NCBI GenBank assembly: GCA_977016875.1
Contig: CDRNST010000273.1
Coordinates: forward strand, 3,038,001-3,102,000
Direction of reading: 5' to 3'
DNA: 64,000 bases
Source of the DNA: Pavona decussata
Lineage: Eukaryota
The position numbers and the translations under genes were made by a program. The notes beneath the pieces were generated by a model. The model was given only the letters and a program-made list of their open reading frames with translations, was not told where the DNA came from and searched no databases. Position 1 is the stretch's first letter, and every line of letters starts with the position of its first letter. Positions 51,847-63,400 of the stretch are shown piece by piece.

Positions 51847-53574
51847 TTAATAAATTATTATTGCTTATGTGCCTCTTCATACGAAAGGAAATACTAATAA
51901 GGTATTATTATCATTAAGGTTAAAATTATACTTTCAGTATACTTAAGTTAAGACAAACGTTATGAGCTTTCTCGAAGTATACCCAAGTATACTTCGATTT
52001 TTGAAGTATAAATGTAGTACATTAGTCAAATATACTTCATTTATATTTTTTATCTTCAAGTATAAATGAAGTATACTTCAAATAGGCCAACATTATGACA
52101 TATGCATAATGTGATTTTATCTCGAGGCCCGTCATAGTTAAGTATTTAGGTGTGACGTTGCACAGGGCACGGAGCGTTGTCAATCATAGAACTTAGCCAA
52201 TCAAATGAGGTCAGATCTAATAACACCAAGGTAATAGGCAAGATCAGTATATCTCGTGGTCCTTCATGCCTTCATTCCCATTGTGTTAACATCTGAACAC
52301 AGATTTCCGGTACTGTAGAAGAATTAATTTTTGAGGCAAGTTTAACATTTTTCTTTTTCTTCGTTTTTCTTTTCTACTTTTGGTTCTTTCTTACCGTTTG
52401 ACCTCAGTTGCGAAGGTTTTTCGGACAATAGTTGGGACATGACTAACTCCACCCCCCCCCCCCTCCCGTGCATTGATTCTAGGGCATTCCTTTATTAAGC
52501 GATTAAAGCAGTTAGTCCAGAATAATTCCAATGACTTTGATCTTGACTTCCAAATGTCCTTGCCTGTGCTAACACGTTGGTATGGAGTTGAGGGTGGAAC
52601 CGAAAAGACATTAAAGTTTGACACACATTTCCTTCATCCCTTTCGCCCTGATATCGTCATTCTCCAACTAAGCAGTAATGACCTCATTACTCTTTCGCCA
52701 TTACATGTTGGTTCAGCCCTTGATGAGTTTGTCCATTTCCTACACGAACCATGCGGGGTGAAGTTGGTGTGCGTGTGCCAGACTATTCGCCGATTCTCAG
52801 CTGAGGCTTTTAACACAAAGGTCAGCATGTTGACACGATACCTAAGGGTTGTGTTAGATCCTACACTATATGCCATTTTTGGGGGCCATAGAGGGTTTTG
52901 GCAGGCGAAAGACATTTTTTATACACCTGATCCGGGTGATCTGGTGATGTAACTCGGGGGACTGGAGAGAGAAATTTTAATGCCGTATCCCACAACTGCG
53001 TGCGGCCTTCAGTGTTGCTTTCGAATTTTAACATGGCGGCCTGTAGCCTTGTGAGGTCGGTCTCATTTGAACGTTAACTCACCTGGCACGATACACATGA
53101 CATGTAGAATGCATGAAGAATAATCCTTTATGTTTAACTAATGCAATTACTGAAGGAAATTGGGAGGTAAAGCCATGAAAGCTTCGAGTCATTGGAGAAT
53201 GACATCTGATGCGATAAGTGATTGAGGACGGATTGAACTGTAAGCATGAATCAGAAAGATTTATTTGAATAATTTGGTTTCCAATACTACCTTAAACTGT
53301 GTTAATTTACTTTTGTGTCACTATCAAAGTTGATATTTGCTAAAGAATGTCTTGATCGATTCTGGTATCTGTTAAATGTTCTTATAAATAGCTTGCCATG
53401 TTCGAATTCTGAACTCGATGAAGACGCGGGTGTCACAGTTTTGGCGAGCTTTTGAGACGCCGGCCGGTCGGCAGTGTTGCCGTGACTCAGGACTTTAAAT
53501 TTATGTTGCTTGTTGGTTTGTTTGTCTTTTTTATGTTTTTTTTTTTTTTTTTTTGGCAATTCAACCCCGGTCAG

Positions 53575-56390
53575 GTCGTTTTGTTTTGTACTCTGGCATT
53601 TAAATGTCTTTTCGAGCGAAGGAAAACTATTGCAATTCGGAGTCGGCCCTAGTACGCTTGCACTGCCCTCATAAAAGCTGCGACAAGTTTTACATGAACA
53701 AGAAAAATTTAAATGAACACTTCCACTTGAATCCATCGCATAGACCAGACTCTTTGGTGACGACTCGAGTTTGTATTACTGCTAAGGAATGTGCAGAAAA
53801 ATTCCTTGACGATGAAAAAAACCCATACTCTAGGAACGTTTGTGTGTAAACTTCTTACGGATGAAGAACTTCAACTGTATGCACTGCCAAGGATTGCCAA
53901 AATTGTGACACCCGTGGACTATTTATTACAAGAAACTACAGGTACACTTAACGATGTACACAAAAAGCTGGTCAAGTTTAAAAATGACTTTAAAAATGAC
54001 TTTAACTCTCTCTTTTGTCAAGGATCACCGGCTGAAACAAGCCCAAGAGAAAAACTGGCGGAAATAGTGCAAAGTAATCTACCTCATTCGTGTGATTGGA
54101 TTATTGAATTGGGCAATGGTACTTTGTTTAAAGATGCTATCATGCCTAAAGTGTTCCAAAGAGAGTATCATGCTTTTGAAGAATTTTCTTGTGGTATGGC
54201 TGGGGCTTTTGGAATTGGGCAAAAAGATGTGCAAGACACCCTCAGGAACAAATGGGGCAAAAAAAAAACTGGAAACAGTGATTGGAATAAATCCAATTTT
54301 GAGCAAATATAAAATTTTTGGCAAACTCAATGACCACACGCAAGAGCTTTTGGATGGACTATATTAATGGACTACACTGATGGGTTCCCGTGGCTCAAAT
54401 GGTCTCGCCACTTCACAGGGGAGACAAGTGTCAGAGTTAAACTTGTTGAGCCATACAATTTAATGAGCACAGTCTTAACAGTTGCCCTTTGGCTAGGTAA
54501 TGATGACTATGACACTGTAAGAAAGTGTGCTGAACCAGTTTTTGAAAAACTGAAAGATCTCAAGTCAATAAAACATCCCATCAGTGGAAAAGACATTACA
54601 ATCGTAAGGCGCAGCTGTGGGGATGGGAAGGAGAGAAGATCATCAACTGGTAATTCATCTGCCAAGTCCTCCTATCCCATCCCTGAATCCCCAGAACATC
54701 AGAGCCAGCTTGGAGACATGAAATTTGTATGCCCACAACCAGTGTGGACAGTTGTAGAAACTGAGGTGCTGGAAGAACAATTCCATGAGACACTTAATGG
54801 AAAGGCTCCAACTAAGCAAAAGCGAAGAGAATTCGCAAAACAAAACCTGGGTAACATGGGAAGAAAAATATATGTGGAACACCCCTTGCTGATTTCTACC
54901 CAGGTACAGCCCACCTTGGGTTTCGATCAGTAGAAACCTTGTGTTTAAGGATAGCTAGAATTGCATCAGGTTTGTATCTTATCCTATTTTGAATTAACAC
55001 TAGAATGTGACAATTCACAAGACATAATGCACATTAGCCCTATCAATTTTAAAGAAAAGTAGAGAAAGTTAAATGTAGACCATTTGTTGAACCCCCTCCC
55101 CCCTAATCACTGAAGAATTTGACCATCAAAGGTAGGACACCAGAGTGTGGATCAAGTGTTTACATGTACTTGAAATGGAAGTAGTTAAGGACAGAATGAA
55201 GAAATTATTTTGAGCTCATCTCACCACTTTCTTTTATTTTTCTGTGCCCCTGAAAAAGGATTTTTATCAAATACTCTTCAATATAAGAAAAATTTACTGT
55301 ACTAGATTTGACCCCACCCTCCAGCCTCCACTTCCTCAGCTCAGGCACAACACTGATGGGTATATGATGGTACACTCTTTGATTGAAAAAGAGGATAAAC
55401 AGCAAACATAAAAAATTTGTTGATCGCAAAGCAATGAAAACCACCTTAACACCTCATCTAGGCTGCAGATGAGAAATGGTTGTCGTGAGGGTATGCACTC
55501 ATCAAGACAAGCATTTCCAGTAAAAAAAAAATTGCAAAAGGGTGTACCAAAACAAACACTCCACTTACAATAAGCTTAATGGTGGTAATCATTTTCATTT
55601 GCCACAAAATATGCAAGTGTACAGGCAAATCAAACGAAATCCTTAAAATTTTTTGGTAGCTAAACCATGCATTACAAATTATTAGATAATTAGTACAATT
55701 CAAATATTACAGCTGTTTTGGGGAGTGACCAGTCATTCTTGCATGCACTTAAGAAAGGCTTTGCCAAGTCAGTAAACATAGAAGAAAGAACTATCAAGTT
55801 TGACGAAGTTGGTGTGCTTGCATTTCCTGAAAGAATGCCCGCCATTTTAAGCCAAGCAGGGTTTCAAGGAACTTTACTTGACATTCTCACCACATTCTGC
55901 AGTGGGCTTGACAAAGTGTTTAAAGGTCTCCTTCAAACATCCCAGGAGTTAACTGGTGATAAGTATGGAGCTCATGCTCGTGTTCTCCTTGGTTTTCAAG
56001 CAGTTCAAATCTTTGGAAGTAACTGCATTATGAAAACAAATGCATTATGAAAACAAATTGTGACATATGTTCCGTACTATATTGACAAGGCCATTGCTGA
56101 TGGAAAGATGGTTGGTCTTCCCATTACTTTGGCAAACTTCAGTGATGCCACCATGGAAACAGCACATAAACACAACAAAAGGAAATCCTTGCTTTTTTCT
56201 TGGGGAAGAGCCAGCCCAATATCAAGATGTCAGTACCAAGACCAGGTGATCGAGCAGCAGTTTCAAAATGAAGTCTTCAAAATAACCAACCGAGAGAGCA
56301 CGCCACAAAAATCGTCTTGAAGGAAACCTGAAAAAAGCGGAAAGCAATTGTTGAGAAAGAAAGCGGAGTTAAACGAGTGGTAATTAAAGC
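53575..56390 (+). pseudogene. RAG1/Transib-fold DDE transposase with N-terminal C2H2 finger (spliced, frameshifted)
   Basis: CPHKSC..HFHLNPSH finger. DYTDG (RAG1 D600-like), VALWLGNDDYDTV, CGDGK (D708-like), PGTAHLG (DALH-like), NFSDATMETAHK (E962-like). Intron ~54970-55712. Confidence 0.75.
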
Positions 56391-57139
56391 TATATAATTA
56401 TTTATGAATTATATAATGCAAATTATATAAACAGCTACCTTTTGCAGGTAGCTGAAATTACTTAAAGTCTTGGAATTTTAGTGTGTATATAGGAAATTAA
56501 ATGACAACAAGCTGGAACAATTTTTTTATGGTTAGCAAAAATGTGAAGGGAAGGAAGAAACCAGTCAAAATATGGTTGTGATAATCAAGCAAATATTTTT
56601 CAATGCCAAAATCTAATAATGGGAACTCTTGAATATAACTTAACAAAGTTTGTAAGTACATCGATGCCTAATCAACAAGAATTTATAGCTTCCAAGGTTG
56701 GTAACTCAGATCTATTTTAAATTCAATTGTATTGGTTTTAATCCTGTAAAGCACTTGTTCTTTGCTGACCACAAACTGGAAGACAGCATGCAAATGCCAA
56801 ACACAAGCAAAACTCCTTCTGATGATCAAAAAAGCAGAGAAGATGATGGAGCAAGTGATGATGAAAATGACTTGGTAAGCAAAATTTAAACTGAATCCAG
56901 TATTAAGTAATAAAATATGTGTATAAAAATGGACAAAGTTTTGGTTTTATAGGCACTTGGGCTTAATTCTGCTTTAAAAAGGCTAGATCTAAATTAATTG
57001 GTTTAAATTGACAATGAAATATGCTGTAATTATAATTTGTTACCGTTCAATCCAGGAAGGGCAAAAACTATGACCTCGGGTAAAAAATTCGAAAAATCAT
57101 GAGTCAGTCAGTTAAGTTAAAACCACTTACTGCTTTCAG

Positions 57140-58042
57140 GAAGAGGCGACTGCAGAAGACTGTCTTGGGCAGGCTCACGTCCCAGCAGTTCAGATTGTTC
57201 CTCAAGGATCAGAAGCAGATGTCCACTTATTAGCTGACGACCTTTTCAAGTTTGCACAGGATAACTTCCACAACACCGTGATTACGCAAGTGACTCAAGA
57301 ATCTGCTTCAAAGTTTAGAGAAAATAGCTTTCCACCCTCAAATCTCAGTTTTCATTTGCAGTCTCTTGAAACAAATTTCGTTTCCTGGAAACGTACGGAT
57401 GCGAGAGTCAGCAAAGAAGTGTTCAAATGTAAAATCTTACCAGGTGCTGTAAGCCGTTGTTTTAGCATTCAATCGACAAAAAGTGAAGCAAGTCAAAGCA
57501 ATAGAATGATCATACCATTTTCTGATATTCTTGGATTGGATGTCAAAGAGGACTCGATCGTAATGGATGTTGGTGTACTACCGAAGATGGAGCAAAGGGT
57601 CTCATCGAGCAAAACAGTCGACGAGTCTTGTCATACATCGAAGGGCAAGTGGAAGGAGGAAACTGTCAGTGATCAAGCTAATTGTGAACCACCTTACCAA
57701 ATATGTGTTAAAAAACAGCGTTTCAACGACCCAAGCACCATTCAGCTGAACAAAATCTTCGCAGAAATTTCATCTTTGAAGCTAGCAACCGAAAATGGCC
57801 TTCAAGATTCTTATCCAAGAACACCGCCTTGTGCGGAGACCAATCCTGAAGAAAAATATCCCATTGTTAAAGATTCAACACTTGTTAGAGCCGGGCAGCT
57901 GGCCTGTTTACGTCTTTTCCAGTGCCTTCCATCACAGGATCAAACAGAATTCGTAATAACGATGTATTCATCGATGGAAGAGCGATTCAATAGCCTTTTA
58001 AGGAAAAGGATTGGATTAACTGTTCAGCCACCTTGCCAATGA
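57140..58042 (+). CDS. Unknown 254+ aa ORF inside the TIR element (last exon of the transposase or a second gene)
   Basis: Open frame 57278..58042 preceded by a TTTCAG acceptor near 57139 and a small acidic exon at ~56780-56873. MIIPFSDILGLDV is reminiscent of PH-like folds. Confidence 0.5.
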   Translation, partial: EEATAEDCLGQAHVPAVQIVPQGSEADVHLLADDLFKFAQDNFHNTVITQVTQESASKFRENSFPPSNLSFHLQSLETNFVSWKRTDARVSKEVFKCKILPGAVSRCFSIQSTKSEASQSNRMIIPFSDILGLDVKEDSIVMDVGVLPKMEQRVSSSKTVDESCHTSKGKWKEETVSDQANCEPPYQICVKKQRFNDPSTIQLNKIFAEISSLKLATENGLQDSYPRTPPCAETNPEEKYPIVKDSTLVRAGQLACLRLFQCLPSQDQTEFVITMYSSMEERFNSLLRKRIGLTVQPPCQ

Positions 58043-58942
58043 ACTGCGTTACACTCAATTTTTTAAAATCTTCAGCTCCATTACTTAAGCAAAGCGGATT
58101 ATTCCTCAATCCTTCTACATATCCTGTGTATCGTGCGACAGCGAGTTGAGTAGACTTTCAAATGAAACTGAGTGAAACTGACCGCGTTACTCCGCCATTT
58201 TAAAATTCGAAAGGAACACTTAAGGCCGCGCAGTTGTGGGATACGGCATTAAAATTTCTCTCCCCAGTCCCCCGAGTTACGTCACCAGATCACCTGGATG
58301 GCATTCATTTGAACTCTAGGATCCAGCATAAGCTATATCGTAGTCTCAGAGGGGCAGTCCTGCGATCTTTGCGCCTTTTGCCAAGTTCTCCCTCCTCGGA
58401 AAGAGTTTGTCAAGTTTGCTTTATTCTGATACAGATCTTTACATGTTTTGCCAGCTCTTAGTTGTGCCCTATGCCGAGTCTGATGTTTTACTGCTACGTT
58501 TACCTATTATTTGTGTCAGCCTTATATATTTGCTGTAAGCCACTGCCCCTTTTTGGGCACGGCTACGTTTGATTCAGCTACACAGGTGTTTGATTGAACG
58601 ACTCTTTATACAGTCGTTACTACACATAGCACATATGTACTCCTTTCTGGCTGCACACGTATAATTATTTTACTGGCTCCGGCTCAATGTTAGGTACTGG
58701 CAGTTACCGCATGAGTGTACAATCCTTTCTGACCGCTCAGTTTTTGGCTGTGTCCTTTGAGCTCGGTATTCTGCCTTTGCTTAAGGCACTATAGTACTTC
58801 TGGCGCTAAATAACCCGGTTATTTTTTTAGTTCATTTCCGTCACTATGAAGAGCATTATTTCCAGTGCTGTCCCCATGCAGATCACGTTAATTTTTGTTA
58901 CCGTAATCTAGTTTCTGATCAAAGAAATTTTATTGATAAGCC

Positions 58943-59710
58943 ATGCCACCCAAGAAGCGTGCACATTCCGATCAGTCCAACATGCAAAGGAGAAAGAAAC
59001 GCAAGCGAGTCTCTGACCTTTCTGAAGTTTCTCCAGCCGTAGCTGTTGCCGCTCAAAACCAGAGCAACCACCACAACCAGAACTTGATCTCAGTTGATCT
59101 GCGAGCTCTATCCACCTCCATCATGACGACCATTCCCCAGACGATACAACAAGCATTCGGATCCGGGGGAACCCACTGCTTGGTTCAAGACCCCAGAGCA
59201 TCTTCAATTTCTCCAGTTAAAAGTGATCGGGAGCATTCAGCCAGTGAGGCCATTCAAGGGGATATTACAGCTATCACACAAGGTACTCAGCCTCAGAGTC
59301 CCACTCGGCAGCCATTTTCGCGCATGGCCATAGCTCTCGGCTTTAGAGTTAACCCAAAACTCAAAGCAAAAATTTGGGGTAACGAATATGTTGATTATGG
59401 CAGGTTGCTTCATTGTCCCCAAATACCAATCGTTATTCCCTGTCCCTAACTTCCTCAAGGACGTCATCTACTCAGCCCCAGTTGACACTAGAACCTAGCC
59501 AGCCACCTAAGAAGATTGATAACCTCAGTGAGTGGTTGTCAGCTTTTAATACTTTTGTTGCCATTTATGTAGAGAAATTTCCTATTGAGGCTCCTAAGTT
59601 GATGAAATACTGTGAGGTCGTGAGCGACATTGCATCCAAACCAGGTGACTGGTCATTTTACGACGAACAGTTTTGATACATAAGACAGTCAGCTCCCGAC
59701 CAATACCCCT
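58943..59710 (+). pseudogene. DIRS/Ngaro gag-like ORF (frameshifted, interrupted)
   Basis: KLKAKIWGNEYVDYGRLL...EWLSAFNTFVAIY...LMKYCEVV...WSFYDEQF*YIRQ..QYP. Confidence 0.85.
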
Positions 59711-59956
59711 CACGGCGCTTTCAGAGCATCAGATCCGGACATTAGCTTGGGGAACCGCAAAATCTCGACAACTTATTAAATTTCAAGTTAATACTTCACT
59801 GGCGGTGTTTGCGTGCCTTGGCCTATTCCCCTGTACTCTATAAATAAGCTGTGTGGTTCTTAGTGTTGAAAGAAATGTATGCGCAATGAGCATTTTTAGA
59901 ATATTCAGGTAACAGAGTAGTCACGTAGCTGTAAAGGCGGCTGTCAAATGTAAAGC

Positions 59957-60422
59957 GCTAGTTTATTTTTGACCTTTACGTCTCCTTCACGGGAGTTATG
60001 GCGGGCGTCGCATGTTACGAAATAAAGGAAGTTTCTTTCACGATTTCGTGTCTTTGGAAGTTTTCCTTTTGCAGTCATTACTATTTATGATTAGTTAAAC
60101 CTTTAATAAAGTAATTTAGCTAACGCTGTATCAGAGAGATTTTCACTGAACACCGGAATTATAGTGCTTTTAATATTTTGGTATTCCTTGCTAGTTTATT
60201 TTTGACCTTTACGTCTCCTTCACGGGAGATATGGCAGGCGTCGCATGTTACGAAATAAAGGAAGTATCTTTCACAATTTTGCGTCTTTGGAAATTTTCCT
60301 TTCGTAGTAATTACTATTTATGATTAGTTAAACCTTTAATAAAGTGATTTAGCTAACGTTGTTTCAGAGAGATTTTCGCTGAACACCGTGATTAGTGCTT
60401 TTAATATTTTGGTATTCTTCGC
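59957..60422 (+). repeat. 233-bp tandem duplication in the 5' non-coding region of the Chapaev/RAG1-like element
   Basis: GCTAGTTTATTTTTGACCTTTACGTCTCCTTCACGGGAG starts at 59957 and 60190. The copies are slightly diverged. Confidence 0.92.
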
Positions 60423-60432
60423 TGTCGCAGCC

Positions 60433-63400
60433 ATGTCAGACGAACATACTAAGCACTTAATGGAATTCTGTCGTATCTGCGGGGAAAAACTAAGTAAATG
60501 TAAAAGTTCCAAAGCTGAAACCAGCTATCTTTGTTCCTCGAATGTCCAATTTATGCAAGATAATTTTGGCATAACCGTGGAAAAGGACATCAGCGATGTT
60601 CATCCTCCTCGTTTTTGCAAGAAGTGCCATCTCTCGCTTTCTCACGGCCTCGTGTTTTGGGAACCACATCAAGAGGAAGAATGCAAAACTTGCAATCTTG
60701 CAACTGTGGTAAAAAAGGGAGGGAGACCGTCAAAACTTGACTTCTGCAAATTGGTGGAAAATGTGCCTTTGAATCGAGTGGAAGCTTTCGGGGAAAAGTT
60801 TAACTTTGCCGGAGAGGTTCCAAGAGAATACTTCTGACCGGTTTGTTTGGATATTTTAGACCAACCTGTAGAAACTGACAGCCAGCATTACTTTTGCTCT
60901 GACTGCATCACGAGGGTGGTAACAACCTCTTCTTGTTTGACCTGCCCCTTATGTAAAGTGGACTCGTTAAGTTCCATAAGAGTTCTCACTCGTATGGTGC
61001 TAAATTTTATAAAATATCTCCCGGTAACTTGCAAGACATGTGGCAAAAACGCGAGATATGAGGACTGTGGTGATCATGAATGCGCAACTGATAACCCCAA
61101 ACCCAGAGCACCTACAGCAGGTGTTGTACAGGCTGAACCTGTCCCCGAGATTCTTCCCGCGAAAACTGTACAGGGAAACGCACTCCCGAGGCAGAACCAC
61201 TTGGAACTTTGTTTGTGAAAGCAAAGTTAGGGTCTTCCACTGACTTGAAAACTGTAACTGTGAAAACTGGTGGAAAGGTAAGACTATGCATGAAAACTCT
61301 TCACAATCAATAGTAGTGTTTTCCCTAGACTCAAAATCTTGTACAAGTCCTCAGACGTGTTTATTTATTCTTTATAGTCATTTGACTTGAAACATATGCC
61401 TCGTGCTCACAAGAAATCCTCAGATGTAACAGGGCGTCACCTTCTTAGAAGAACCAGACACCTTGAGAATGTTGGTGCGTCCATAAGCCAAGGCCAGATG
61501 GATGTCCATGTCATGCACAGCTTGGGACTAAAAGAAAAGCGGGATCGTGAGGCTATCCTCCGTGAAGCACTGGGGAAAGAGCTGGTTCTTGAGCTTCCCG
61601 AGGGCCAGACTCTAGCTATGAAGGTAGACTTAAGTATGTCATGGCATGGACTAAATAAACTCCGTCGGTAAGTCGGTGTCGGTTTAACCCAACAATGCCG
61701 AATTTACAATTCACGTTATGTATATTATCTTTTGCATCTATGTTTAGATGATTCAAACAATGGGGTATCAAGATGGACAGTGAAAAACAAAACAGCGAGT
61801 ACAGAAGTCTACTCAACTACAGGAGGAGGACCTTCAAGAGGAGATGCTACCATTGGAACAAGAGGAGGGGCAACAAAGTGGTAACTCTGATAAAACCAAC
61901 ACCTACAGCCTATGTGGTGGACCTGAAAGGCAAAGTGGTCTCCTACATCGACAAATGTGACAAGTGAGAACTGACAAACTCGTGGATTTTTCTTTCAGTA
62001 TCTTGTTTTGCTTTAGTTGGATATTTCATTTTTCTCTTTTTTGTTTTGGTTTGTTTCCTTTGATAGAGCTAAGATCCTGACGTGGCATGCAGGTTGCATA
62101 CCACACAACATGGTGTACGTAAAACTTGGTGGAGATCATGGGCAGGGCTCTATGAAAATGGAGTTCCAAATTGCCAATGTTCCTAAACCAAACTCGCCCC
62201 AGAACACAGTTGTGTTTTCAATTTTTGAGGGTAAAGATAGATGTACAAGGAGCGATCTTGCTACCATCCTCCAAGGGTGCAGGGAACAAATTAAAGATCT
62301 TCACAGTTCAACCTGGAGGTAGGTTATTTCTTTTTGTATGGGACAAATAATGTTTGATTTTTATTACATTTTTCTATGTCAGCATGTTATTGTTTGGTGT
62401 CATTCCTGCAGGGAGAAGGCATTTGTCTGTTTTCTTTATGGTGACTACAAGTTTCTATGTAAAGTCATGGGAATTTCCGGAGCATCAGGTAAGTGCTTCA
62501 ACATTAGCTATAAATAGAACATCACAGGGACATTTGATAAAGCATATAACACTTAAAACTAAATGTTGGTCACATGCTTTGTTCCTGGTCGACATCCTTG
62601 CCTTTGGTGCACCATACTGGCCAGTGAGATGCTATTGGATAAGGATAAGAGATCACCTAATTTCCTGCGTTCCCTTGAGCATCTAACCCAACAATTTGCA
62701 GAGTTCCAGGAAAGGGGGCAGGGTGACATTAAAAAAGCTAAAAACTTTTTCAATATTATTCAGAGTCCCATGTTGGACATCCAGTTTGACCAGGTACTGA
62801 CAATGAATAATTTCATCAAAACAATGTTGTAACACTAGCTAATCTCCATACAACACTGGCAAGATGGACAACAAATCTTATTTTCTGTTATCATTTTATT
62901 TTTCAGATTTGCACACCAGGACTTAACATAAGCCTGGGCTTATTCCTCAAGTTCTATGAACTTCTTGATGACTGTGCTAAGCTTGCCGAGAAGATCACCT
63001 TCAAAATGACAGAGGACACCTCAGCACTTGGGGATTCCGAGCTAGAAACACTGGTTAAGAACCTCCATCAAGTAAGGCAACACAAGGCTGCAGCAGCAGT
63101 TTATCTTGAAGAAGCTCAGCAGGCTGAGGAATATGCCTGCTATGTGGCCAACTGGGGGGTGCAAGCTGACCAGCCCGACTGCAATCCTGTTGTACAGCAA
63201 CTGCTTCAACATGCACATACACTAAAGCAGAAAGCTCATCAAGAAGTAAGCTAACCATGAGTACCGTTTACTGTTATATACCCTGGATCACACTCCCATA
63301 CACTCACTTGCCTATGACCTAGCAAAAGCATATACTGACAATATTCAAAGTTATTCAACACTTTCTGTTTGTACAGTCGACTCCCGATAACTCGAACCTT

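Larger units (their letters stand above)
52932..58297 (+). mobile_element. Complete TIR DNA transposon (5366 bp, ~110-bp TIRs, AT TSD) encoding a RAG1/Transib-like transposase
   Basis: Left end CCGGGTGATCTGGTGATGTAACTCGGGGGACTGG...AACATGGCGG (52932-53039) is near-identical to the reverse complement of 58192-58297. AT at 52930-52931 and 58298-58299. The host ORF is restored on excision. Confidence 0.93.
52470..58461 (+). pseudogene. SGNH/GDSL hydrolase ORF split by a 5.37-kb insertion (52470-52931 + 58300-58461)
   Basis: Block I ILGHSF, block II GVEGG, block III LQLSSNDL. Removing the insertion and one AT copy restores ACA CCT GAT GGC ATT CAT TTG AAC = TPDGIHLN (block V DxxH). Confidence 0.88.
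52390..59710 (+). mobile_element. DIRS/Ngaro-like tyrosine-recombinase retrotransposon, 5' part (SGNH hydrolase + gag), with nested insertions
   Basis: SGNH ORF followed by a gag-like ORF. The element is split at 52931 and again at 59710. RT and recombinase are not in the window, and the 5' boundary is approximate. Confidence 0.75.

Noticed and set aside
57278-58042. RAG2-like gene
   Set aside because: No kelch Gly-Gly repeats or PHD finger, and it lies on the same strand rather than convergent as in RAG transposons.
59711-59770. Canonical 12/23 recombination signal sequence
   Set aside because: Only a heptamer-like CACGGCG is present. There is no ACAAAAACC-like nonamer at 12 or 23 bp spacing.
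60835-60837. In-frame TGA at the first RING cysteine read as selenocysteine
   Set aside because: The gene has other stops, frameshifts and a second RING Cys>Ser change, so ordinary decay explains it.
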